Source: an uncultured Gammaproteobacteria bacterium (lineage in GTDB: Bacteria > Patescibacteriota > Patescibacteriia > UBA1558 > 2-01-FULL-52-15). From it: a DNA stretch of 63,894 bases. The notes below the pieces were generated by a model. That model searched no databases and was not told where the DNA came from. It saw nothing but the letters and a program-made list of their open reading frames with translations. Both the position numbers and the translations under genes were made by a program. Position 1 is the stretch's first letter. Each line of letters begins with the position of its first letter. Positions 16,329-25,200 of the stretch are shown here, in pieces. The DNA lies in the NCBI GenBank assembly GCA_964517065.1, contig CAZFBK010000004.1:1-63894 (forward strand), read 5' to 3'.

Positions 16329-19229
16329 ATGAATTTGATACTATATCTTTTTCCGTTTTTAGCAAATATTGTCCTTAGCTTCATTGTTCTTGCCAGAAAT
16401 AGACATGTAAAAGTAAATTTCTACTTTTTTCTGGTAGCTTCTAATATGGCTTTTTGGATTCTTACGTTATATTTTTTTTACTATGCTCACCGAGATGTAG
16501 TTTTATTACTTGGAAGATTAAATTTTGCCTTTGCTGAATTAATTGCTTATTTTGCCTTCTATTTTGGCTATTACTTTCCAAGAACGACGTTTAAGCTTAG
16601 TAAAATTACTAATGTTTGTTTAATAGTATGGTTATCAATTCTTATATATATTACACTTTTTACCAATTTGATTGATGCGAATGAGATTATTGGCGCTGAT
16701 GGAATTACAACCGAATTTGGTCCTTTATATTTTTTATTTATATTTCATTTTTCGATTTTAACCATCTTTTTTATTAGTTTTTTGATTGCAAAATATAAAA
16801 AGGTTGAAAGATTACAGAAATACCAGTTACGATATTTGGCTACAGGAGGATTGCTTTCTCTGTTGATCATTTCGACGACAAATATTTTACTTCCATTTGC
16901 ATTCGGATTTTATGGTGTTCAGGATTTTGGACCATTGGCTACACTTTTTTTTGTTGGCTCTGTGACATATTCAATTGTTAAATATCGTTTGATGAACATC
17001 AGGCTGATATTGACCAAAAGTATCCTCTACTTCCTCATGATCGCTCTAGTTTCCAGCTTCTTTGTCTTTACAACTTTCTTAACAACCGATGTATTATCTT
17101 TCAGTAAAGGGGGAAACATTGGCTTCAGTTTACTGGCATCATTTATTATCGTTGTTTTCATTGAGCCACTGAAGAAATTGCTGTCAAAATTAACAGACGA
17201 TATTTTCTATAAAGGCAAGATTAACTACGACAAGATCCTAACCAAGCTCGGTCTGATCGTAGCCAAAGAAATTGACCTAGAGATCTTATTGACCCAGATC
17301 AGTCAAGGATTATTGAATGAGTTGAAGCTCAAACGGGTGGATCTGATTCTTCATTTGAAGCAGGATTTTTTCACGCTGAATAGCTCCGGCCTGACCAAAA
17401 GTAATATTGCCCCAGAGGTTATCAGCTATTTGCGTGAAAGCAATGAGATTACCATTCTCGAAGAGCTCCGTCGCAAAGCCTACGACATGCCTGAGGGTAT
17501 CGCTCGCAAACAGTTGGAAACTATTGCTACTGCTTTTGAGACGCTCAAATGGGAGATGGTAGTCCCGATTATTATTGAGAAGGAACTTTCTGCTATCATC
17601 GGCTTAGACAGCAAGCTGTCAGGTGATATTTATAATAAAGACGACGTCAATTTCTTCACTATCCTCGCGCCACAGGTTGCTGTCGCGATCGAGAAATCCA
17701 AAGCCTTCGAAGAAGTAGATCATCTGAAAGAAGACCTCCAAGGCAAAGTAGAGCGACGTACGGCCGAGCTGAAGAAAAAGTCACTTGATCTGGAAGCTCG
17801 CAACAAATTCCTGACAACCACTCAGAACATCAGTAACCTGATCAGCCGTTCTTTGGATATCAATCACATCATTCAGATCATTGCGGATAGTATCGCTTCG
17901 GAGCTTGGTTATGTGGGCGGGTTGCTGAGCTTCGTCGGGCCACAAGGCAAATATCTTTATCCAGCCGCTATTACACGCTCACCGGCAGCAGATAAGGCTC
18001 TCGCACTCTTACCGAAACATCCGAGCGAATACAAAACGTCACTGACAACCAAAGAAAATTTGGGAGCGCAGTGTTTTATATCTGGTAGCGCTATCACCAG
18101 TGATAAGTTGTCTGATTTCATCTGCCCACCCGTACCGAAGGAAGCAGTAGACAAGATTCAGCACATGCTGGGCATTCAGACCGTCGTCGGTGTACCAATC
18201 TATACGGAGAATCAGATAATCGGTGTCATCGATTTCATGCTAGCAGCACCGGAGCAGGAAATCACCCAGTTGGATTATGAAATGATGAAAAACTTAGCTG
18301 ATCAGATCGGTATTGTCTATCGTAACGTTAAGCTGTATCAGGAATTGCAGAATACTAATGCCGAGCTCCAGCAAGCCAATGCCCATTTGAAACAATTAGA
18401 CACCGCCAAGTCGGAGTTTCTTTCTATTGCCTCTCACCAACTACGTACTCCTATTTCCGCGGTCAAAGGGTATCTGTCTATGCTATTAGAAGGCGACTTC
18501 GGCAAGTTGCAGCCGGAGCAGACCAAGATTATCACTGATGTTTTCGAAAGTTCCTCGCGTCTAGCACGTTTAATCAATATTTTCTTAAACGTTTCACGTA
18601 TTGAGTCTGGACGGTTCAAGCTGACTTTAGCTCCGACCGATATGAATACTATTGTCGAGGGTGTAGTGAAAGAATTGCAGCAGCAGGCTAAGATTAAAAA
18701 TTTGAAGCTTATTCTAGAATTACCGAAGAAGCCGGTAATGATCAATGTCGATAGTGATAAGATCCGTGAAGTGGTATTGAATCTGATCGATAATGCCATC
18801 AAGTATACGCAGCAGGGGAGCATCACTATATCGCAGGAGCTCCGACCGAATGAGTTCCATTTCCAGACCAAAGATACCGGTATGGGAATCTTACCCGAAG
18901 AAGTCGGCGGTTTGTTCAAGAAATTCGTCCGCGGTACTGGTGTGGCGCAGGTGAATACCCAAGGCTCTGGTCTGGGATTATATATTGCACAACGGGTAGT
19001 AGGAGAGCATGGTGGTAAGATCTGGGTGGAGAGCGAAGGCGTAGGCAAAGGCAGTACTTTCCAATTCACCTTGCCGTTGGAGCCGATCGTCAAGCCAATC
19101 GCGACAGATCAAATGCAACAACAAGAGCCAGCAGCCGAGGCTAAGATAGAGAAGAAAGCAGAAGAGTCAGTAGTAAAACCTGAGAAAGCCGCCAAACCAG
19201 CCAAACCCAAGTTGATCACGAAAAAATAA
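16329..19229 (+). CDS. Sensor histidine kinase (7TM N-terminus, GAF-like middle, HisKA, HATPase_c)
   Basis: It has the H-box SHQLRTPISAV, the N-box DNAIKYT, G1 DTGMGI and G2 GSGLGL. The N-terminus is polytopic and the C-terminal tail is rich in Lys, Ala, Glu and Pro. Confidence 0.9.
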   Translation: MNLILYLFPFLANIVLSFIVLARNRHVKVNFYFFLVASNMAFWILTLYFFYYAHRDVVLLLGRLNFAFAELIAYFAFYFGYYFPRTTFKLSKITNVCLIVWLSILIYITLFTNLIDANEIIGADGITTEFGPLYFLFIFHFSILTIFFISFLIAKYKKVERLQKYQLRYLATGGLLSLLIISTTNILLPFAFGFYGVQDFGPLATLFFVGSVTYSIVKYRLMNIRLILTKSILYFLMIALVSSFFVFTTFLTTDVLSFSKGGNIGFSLLASFIIVVFIEPLKKLLSKLTDDIFYKGKINYDKILTKLGLIVAKEIDLEILLTQISQGLLNELKLKRVDLILHLKQDFFTLNSSGLTKSNIAPEVISYLRESNEITILEELRRKAYDMPEGIARKQLETIATAFETLKWEMVVPIIIEKELSAIIGLDSKLSGDIYNKDDVNFFTILAPQVAVAIEKSKAFEEVDHLKEDLQGKVERRTAELKKKSLDLEARNKFLTTTQNISNLISRSLDINHIIQIIADSIASELGYVGGLLSFVGPQGKYLYPAAITRSPAADKALALLPKHPSEYKTSLTTKENLGAQCFISGSAITSDKLSDFICPPVPKEAVDKIQHMLGIQTVVGVPIYTENQIIGVIDFMLAAPEQEITQLDYEMMKNLADQIGIVYRNVKLYQELQNTNAELQQANAHLKQLDTAKSEFLSIASHQLRTPISAVKGYLSMLLEGDFGKLQPEQTKIITDVFESSSRLARLINIFLNVSRIESGRFKLTLAPTDMNTIVEGVVKELQQQAKIKNLKLILELPKKPVMINVDSDKIREVVLNLIDNAIKYTQQGSITISQELRPNEFHFQTKDTGMGILPEEVGGLFKKFVRGTGVAQVNTQGSGLGLYIAQRVVGEHGGKIWVESEGVGKGSTFQFTLPLEPIVKPIATDQMQQQEPAAEAKIEKKAEESVVKPEKAAKPAKPKLITKK

Positions 19230-19237
19230 ATCTAGAC

Positions 19238-19270
19238 AAAAACCTACTCGTTAAGATCAAGTAGGTTTTT
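19238..19270. terminator. Bidirectional hairpin between the kinase and the DUF559 gene
   Basis: AAAAACCTACT pairs with AGTAGGTTTTT (11 bp). It overlaps the last codons of the minus-strand DUF559 ORF. Confidence 0.55.
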
Positions 19271-19627
19271 GTCATCTAAATAATAAATAATAGTATCTAG
19301 TACACCTCCTATATTCTCATAGACATCCGTATTAGTAAATCGCAAGACTCTGAGACCAAAATCCTCGATAAATTTCTGACGACGTTCGTCTCGCTCTTCA
19401 GCTCCATCCTGAAAATGACTATCACCGTCGAGTTCAATTACCAACTTAGCCTTAGGACAATAGAAGTCAACTACGTAACGACCAATACCGTGTTGTCTAC
19501 GAAACTTATAGCCAGATAATCTTTTACCTTGAAGGTACGACCAAACAATAACTTCTGCATCCGGCATATCTCTGCGCAAATATTGGCGGAGTTTTTTAAA
19601 TTCTTGTCTATTATAGAGCAGGCTCAT
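19244..19627 (-). CDS. DUF559 (Vsr-like endonuclease fold) protein
   Basis: It has the RYVVDFYCPKAKLVIELDGDSH and RVLRFTN motifs typical of DUF559. Confidence 0.85.
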   Translation of the reverse strand: MSLLYNRQEFKKLRQYLRRDMPDAEVIVWSYLQGKRLSGYKFRRQHGIGRYVVDFYCPKAKLVIELDGDSHFQDGAEERDERRQKFIEDFGLRVLRFTNTDVYENIGGVLDTIIYYLDDKNLLDLNE

Positions 19628-19630
19628 AAA

Positions 19631-19720
19631 ACAGGGAGATAGTTAATTAGGACCACCCCAGGTCTTGAGGACCTGCCCCTCCTTTTAAAAGGAGGGGAAC
19701 GGGGTGGTCGATCTCCCTGT
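19631..19720 (+). repeat. Multi-stem palindromic element, copy 2, with an extra outer inverted repeat
   Basis: The core at 19652-19708 is near-identical to 12192-12248. It is bracketed by ACAGGGAGAT (19631-19640) and ATCTCCCTGT (19711-19720), and it abuts the DUF559 start codon. Confidence 0.85.
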
Positions 19721-19814
19721 TTATTACTTCCACTATGCCAGAGATTAAGATATTTGAAAAGCTTCAAGAGATCTTGATTTTCTGCGTAATTTTGATAAAA
19801 TAAGCGTATTAAAT

Positions 19815-19935
19815 AGCCGTCCTTTATCATACAGCCGTCGCATTTGTACTCAAATGTGACTCAAAAATAAAAATAGCTACCTAGTTAGCCAAAAACAAAC
19901 AGCCGTCGGTTTCAAGAGCAGACAGAATAAGAGTG
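19815..19935 (+). promoter_or_regulatory. AGCCGTC-box intergenic module, copy 2
   Basis: AGCCGTC occurs at 19815, 19833 and 19901. The spacings of 18 and 68 nt compare with 18 and 67 nt in copy 1. The distance to the downstream ATG (19955) is also the same. Confidence 0.5.
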
Positions 19936-19954
19936 TATAACTAAGTATCTATTT

Positions 19955-20305
19955 ATGACTAAGTATAAAATATCATTATTTCGAGTTAGATCAGAGTATC
20001 GAGAGATAATCTGCGGTCTGGGTATTCACCGAGCTTCATCAATTCGAGAAGCGGTATCGTTACTTGATGCTGATCCCTTGATTCGGGAGACACGAGTGTT
20101 ATTTACGATAGATAACGAATTATTTCTGGGCATGTGGACTCCTGTTGATATTCTCGGTAGGCCGGTATTACTACTACTTGAAGGTTCTCAAGCGAAAGTT
20201 TTGCAACGAGCGTTGGTATCAAGTTCATATTCGTTGGAACGATTGTTACGGGAGGAGTCTGGCAGTATGGGTGTAAGGTGGGAACAGCAGGAAGCGGAGG
20301 GTTAA
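19955..20305 (+). CDS. Hypothetical protein
   Basis: 116-aa ORF immediately downstream of box module copy 2, with no recognisable motif. Confidence 0.45.
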   Translation: MTKYKISLFRVRSEYREIICGLGIHRASSIREAVSLLDADPLIRETRVLFTIDNELFLGMWTPVDILGRPVLLLLEGSQAKVLQRALVSSSYSLERLLREESGSMGVRWEQQEAEG

Positions 20306-20340
20306 GGTTATTTAAAAAATGACGATTGTGCTTGTCTGTT

Positions 20341-20367
20341 CGCTCCCGGTCTCGCGAGATGGGAGCG
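20341..20367 (+). other. Hairpin presenting the palindrome TCTCGCGAGA in its loop (left copy)
   Basis: The stem is CGCTCCC/GGGAGCG. The loop carries TCTCGCGAGA at 20350-20359. Confidence 0.6.
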
Positions 20368-20428
20368 ATCAGCTAAGCATGGTGTTTAGCTGAAACTCCT
20401 CTTTATGGGGAGAAAGTGAGTTCTTTGT

Positions 20429-20548
20429 ATGTTGAACATGGGCGGTACCAACTCGGGTGGTCACGGCGGCGGCAATGGTGGTTCCGGCGGTCAGAGCGGT
20501 GGTCACGGTGGTTCCTCGGGTGGCGGCACCGGAACGCGCGGTCAGTAG
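20429..20548 (+). CDS. Glycine-rich 39-aa micro-ORF (MLNMGGTNSGGHGGGNGGSGGQSGGHGGSSGGGTGTRGQ)
   Basis: ATG at 20429 and TAG at 20546-20548. A purine-rich GGGGAGAAAGTGAG lies upstream, and a perfect 14-bp hairpin follows. It is too short to appear in the ORF track. Confidence 0.4.
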   Translation: MLNMGGTNSGGHGGGNGGSGGQSGGHGGSSGGGTGTRGQ

Positions 20549-20573
20549 TACCCCAGTTCGTTCATGAACGAAG

Positions 20574-20605
20574 GCCGGACTTCTTACGAAAGTAAGAAGT
20601 CCGGC
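20574..20605 (+). terminator. Perfect 14-bp hairpin after the micro-ORF
   Basis: GCCGGACTTCTTAC, GAAA loop, GTAAGAAGTCCGGC. No strong T-run follows, so it may be an attenuator or processing site rather than a full terminator. Confidence 0.5.
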
Positions 20606-20617
20606 ACAAAGTTATAT

Positions 20618-21892
20618 ATGAGGTTTAACCATAAAATTATCAGCGATACTTTATCATCAGGTGACACGCTTGTTACTATTGTTGCTCCTGAAATTGCTAT
20701 CGCCAGTATTGGTATCTTTTTTGAAGCTGGTGCACGCTTTGATCCTATTGGTAAAGAGGGCTTAGCTCATATGTTCGAACATCTTTTGACCAAGGAAACA
20801 GAGAAATTTCACCATCAAATCGACCGTTTACGTGCTATAGAATCTCTCGGTATCTATGCTAATGCCTTCACAGGGTATGAGACAGCTTTTTATTATCACC
20901 TCCAACCTACAGACCAAATTACACCATCACTAGAGCTTTTATTAGATGGTGTTTTTGGATCAACTGTCAGTGAAGCGATGCTAAACAAAGAACGAGCTAT
21001 TATTTTGGAGGAAGAAAGTCGTAATCGACAAGATCCATTCGCCTATATGTGGAGACTTAGTCATCAAGCATTATGGTCTTCTGATACACTCGGTAGAGAT
21101 TTGATGGGCTCATCAGATAGTCTCAAATCTATTTCGATTGAGGATGTACAGGCATTTAAAAAGAAATATTATGACTCAGCGCCTGTTACGTTCGTCCTCA
21201 TCAGTGACAAGTATTCGGATTTACCCAAAACAATAATTGACCGTTATCGACAGCAGCAGAAAGCTGATGTACATAAAATTCAAAGACGGGTTTCTGTTAT
21301 CAACACTAATCCTACTGCCTTACAGTTCAAAGCAGATCATAGAGACACAGAGTCTGTTACCATCGGTGTTCATTTTAAAACAGCTGAGGCAGAGTCCTTA
21401 GATGTCATAGGGTTGGATTTATTGGTTCATATTTTAGCCAACCATTGGGTTTCAATCTTGAATCAAAAATTACGCCTTGAAAACGATATTACTTATTGGG
21501 TTGAGGGAAGTAGTATATATTATTCTGATAGCGGATCTTTGAGCTTAATGTTTAGTTGCCAGAAAGATAAGTCGAGCCGAGCAATTTCTTTAGTATCACA
21601 GGCGGTTAAGCAACTTCGAGACAGTTTGATTGATGATGAGCTTTTAAATACATACAAACAGGCAATGCTGGGCGATACGCTGCGACGATTTACCAACCCA
21701 TTCGCCTGTTTGGAATGGTATGGTAGCGAAACGTATAAGAAGACGATTCTATCTATCGCCGATTATTGTCATCAGATTGAGAAAATTACAGCTCAGGAAG
21801 TCCAGACAATAGCAATAAAGTATTTGCAAAAAGAATCTAGTGCAGTAACCAGTATTGGACCGACAGATGATACATTGAATTTAGATATCTAG
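20618..21892 (+). CDS. M16 (pitrilysin/insulinase) family zinc peptidase
   Basis: It has the HxxEH motif in GLAHMFEHLL. I prefer the ATG at 20618 (MRFNHK) because the track start at 20564 lies inside the upstream hairpin. Confidence 0.85.
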   Translation: MRFNHKIISDTLSSGDTLVTIVAPEIAIASIGIFFEAGARFDPIGKEGLAHMFEHLLTKETEKFHHQIDRLRAIESLGIYANAFTGYETAFYYHLQPTDQITPSLELLLDGVFGSTVSEAMLNKERAIILEEESRNRQDPFAYMWRLSHQALWSSDTLGRDLMGSSDSLKSISIEDVQAFKKKYYDSAPVTFVLISDKYSDLPKTIIDRYRQQQKADVHKIQRRVSVINTNPTALQFKADHRDTESVTIGVHFKTAEAESLDVIGLDLLVHILANHWVSILNQKLRLENDITYWVEGSSIYYSDSGSLSLMFSCQKDKSSRAISLVSQAVKQLRDSLIDDELLNTYKQAMLGDTLRRFTNPFACLEWYGSETYKKTILSIADYCHQIEKITAQEVQTIAIKYLQKESSAVTSIGPTDDTLNLDI

Positions 21893-21900
21893 TTTGTCCT

Positions 21901-21939
21901 GCTACTTTGCCCCAGTCTCGCGAGATCGGGGAAAGTAGC
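21901..21939 (+). other. Hairpin presenting the palindrome TCTCGCGAGA in its loop (right copy)
   Basis: The stem is GCTACTTTgCCCC/GGGGAAAGTAGC. The loop carries TCTCGCGAGA at 21916-21925. Confidence 0.6.
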
Positions 21940-22073
21940 TGGACAAGGTGTCGAGCGAAGAGTACATTCTAACCGGAGCAGAATATGACCGAGTATAAGT
22001 TCCCGTGGCCCTATAAGGGCTAGCTAAGGGTAGGGAGCGGAGAAATCTTCTCCCTACACATAATAAGGTTTAT

Positions 22074-22280
22074 ATGAAAGACGAAACAATAGACAAAATT
22101 CTTGACTGGATACTTAACCACATCATTATGGTGCCATTTATTATCGTTATTTGGTTAATGTTGTTTCATCATTTTTCAGGTTTACCTTCGGCTTTGGTCA
22201 CCTTTGGAGACAAGAAGCCTCCAACCGCCCAATCAGCTCCAGAGCCTTACATCTTCCGAGCTGTAGAGCCTATTAAATAA
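22074..22280 (+). CDS. Small membrane protein
   Basis: 68 aa with one hydrophobic helix. It ends 7 nt before the RHS gene. Confidence 0.4.
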   Translation: MKDETIDKILDWILNHIIMVPFIIVIWLMLFHHFSGLPSALVTFGDKKPPTAQSAPEPYIFRAVEPIK

Positions 22281-22287
22281 ATTAATT

Positions 22288-25200
22288 ATGAACCCTCTTA
22301 TTAACCAATCACTTACTTCTATGAAACGCAGCAATCAGACTCTGCTTCGTGTCAGTATTTCACTGTTCGTTGTCTCGTTGATCGTTATGCCTTTGGCGCC
22401 TGTATGGGCGAGGGAGGCTACTACAGCTGAGCCGGCTGTAGTAGCAAATGATTCTGCCCCGACTGTGGCAGAAGTTGCCGCTCCAGCAGTGGATACGACT
22501 GAATCAGTGAAAACAACTGACGGTCAACAAAATCCTGGTGATGAAATAAATACAGGCGGCAGCGAGCAACCAAATCCTGGTGCTGCTATCTTTTCAGCTA
22601 AACAACCAAATAAATTTGAAATTGGAAAAAATGGACAAGCGCAGGTTGTGGAATCAACCGGCGCTTTTAGCTATTCCTACCCTCTAGAGATTCCCAAAGG
22701 CAGAAATGGTTTACAACCATCATTAGCCTTAACCTATAATAGTCAGCGCAATAATAAAGATTCGCTATATGGTTTGGGTTGGGATCTTGATATTCCTTAT
22801 GTTGAGAGATCAGCACGGCAGGGAACAGAAAAGAGATACACAAATTTTGATTTCACTTTAAATTTTCCCGGTGGGGGAAATTTAGTGCCTCTCTCTGTTG
22901 ATGTTAACGGGTATGGTACCTATGGTTCTGAAGTTGAAAGCCAATTTAATAAAATTGAATGGCTCAGTAGTAAAACGTGGAAGATTACGGACAAGAGTGG
23001 TATTGTCTATACCTTTGGTACGGACGCAGCTAGTCGTCAGGATGATCCGAATGACAGTACACATATATATCGTTGGATGCTGCAGGAGGTGCGTGATACC
23101 AACGATAATTTTGTTCGTTACGAATATTTGAAAGATTCCGGCGCGATCTATCCGAAAGCTATCTATTATACGGGGAGTGGATCAACTGATGGTCTCTACA
23201 AGGTTATCTTTGATCCCATATACTCTGGACCAATAGCCACACGTCCCGATATTACAACTAGTAACGATGCGGGCTTTGGTATTACTACCAAATACACGAT
23301 TAATTCTATACAAGTGCTCGTCGGTGGAGTCGGAAAGAAGAAGTATGATGTAGAAACGATACAGGGAGAGGCTGGTAAGACTGTGGTCAGTAGGATTAAA
23401 GAAGCGGGTAGAAATGGCACCACCTGGGACTACTTACCAGCCACAGATTTTGAATATGGTACGTCATCAAAACAATGGACCACGGATCCTAATTACCAAG
23501 TGCCTTTTGAATTTGAATTCTATGGTCAGCAAAATAGCCAGCAATACAATATCTTTGCTTTTCTCTCTATGGACGTCAATGGGGATGGGTTAACTGATCT
23601 GTTGTACAGTAGTCAAGATTGTCCTTGGGAAATTGACTTAAGGACCTATATCAATAATGGTAACAACGGGTGGTCTACGACAACTGATTGGCAGTTGCCT
23701 TTCGACTTTCCTCTACGGGGAAGAACTTGCACCGGTTATAAGTGGAATTATCAAAACCGCTTTATGGTTGCCGATCTCAACGGTGATTTACGAGATGACT
23801 TCGTTGTTTCATTTGTAGTTTCCGAGGTTGAAACAAAAAAAGTATATATAAGCAATGGCGAGAATGGCTGGACCTTAGATCCAAACTGGACCATACCATT
23901 TAATTTTGGGGACTTCTATTATGACGGAGGGACAATTAAACTTTATAGCCCGAAATATAATCTTTTTGATGTGAATGGTGATAAGCGAGCTGATTTTGTC
24001 GAAGCTTATTATAATGATGACACCCATCAATTCATTCATAATGTTTATATTAATAATGGTGTAAATGGATGGACTGTAGATCCGAGCTGGACCGTACCTA
24101 TTGATTTTGCAATGTATGGACAGGGTAATGTTAAAGATTATAGTGCTAACTATCGCTTAGGAGATGTTAATGGTGATGGCTTAACAGATATTATGTATTC
24201 ACGTTATGAGCAGACTATTGATTCTGATGTGCGTCAAGTATTTATCAATAATGGAAAAAATGGTTGGACTCTTGATCCTAGTTGGCAGATTCCATTTCTT
24301 TTCTCTCAGTACTCCATTGGAGGCTCAGAAACGGATTTCGGATTTAGATTTAAAATGTTAGATATTAATGGAGACGGTTTGAGCGATTTTATTGAATCAT
24401 ATCATAGTTATTGGGCAGGTGATTCTGATATTAAAAATGTCTACATCAATAATGGTCATGGTGAATGGGTAATTGATAGTGCCTATAATATCCCTTTTGT
24501 ATTCGGGGTCTATGAAAGTAATAATAGTACATCTGATCATAATCCACGTTATCGCATGTTTGACGCTGTTGGCAATTTGAGTGTGAATTATCTAAGTTCC
24601 TATGTTGATGAATATCGTAATGATCAGGGCAACTCTGTGAAAGTTCTAGATCAAGCTCCCAGTTGGAATAAATTAAAGAGCATTAAACGTCTGAATCAAA
24701 CAATTATTAGTGCCGACTATGCAGCTTCGGCTCAACTCAAAGATCAAAATCAAAACCTGTTGAATCCTAAAGCCGTTGTGAATGTGCCGGTGGTTTCAAC
24801 TGTCACCTATAATGACGGTCTGGGTCATCAGCAGACTAGTAATTATAGTTATGAAGCTGGCAGCTATTATATAGGTAATTCTCTTAAGCAGAATAAATTC
24901 ACCGGTTTTGGCAAAGTGACGAAGACAGAGAGCGATAATAAGATTACAACGTATTATCATCAAGGTGGTGGTCTCGATGGTGCTGCTCTCGGTGAATATC
25001 AGGATAGCTATGCTAAGATTGGACAATCATTCCGCCAAGAGATTCGTAATGCTTCAGGACAATTATTACAACAAAGCGTTACCAAGGTTGACTCTGCGAC
25101 TTTAGCTGATGGCAGACAATTCCCAACTGTCGCACGTACCACTCAAACAATATTTGGTGCTACGACAAAATCACAGGCTACCCAGTATCAGTATGATGGT

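Noticed and set aside
19624-19830. A 68-aa minus-strand ORF upstream of the DUF559 gene.
   Set aside because: It is a read-through translation of the palindromic repeat element (..PPFKRRG.. comes from CCCCTCCTTTTAAAAGGAGGGG) and of the AGCCGTC box region, not a gene.
20564-20617. The upstream start proposed by the track for the M16 peptidase.
   Set aside because: The extra 18 codons are encoded by the perfect 14-bp hairpin (20574-20605). The in-frame ATG at 20618 gives a normal M16 N-terminus.
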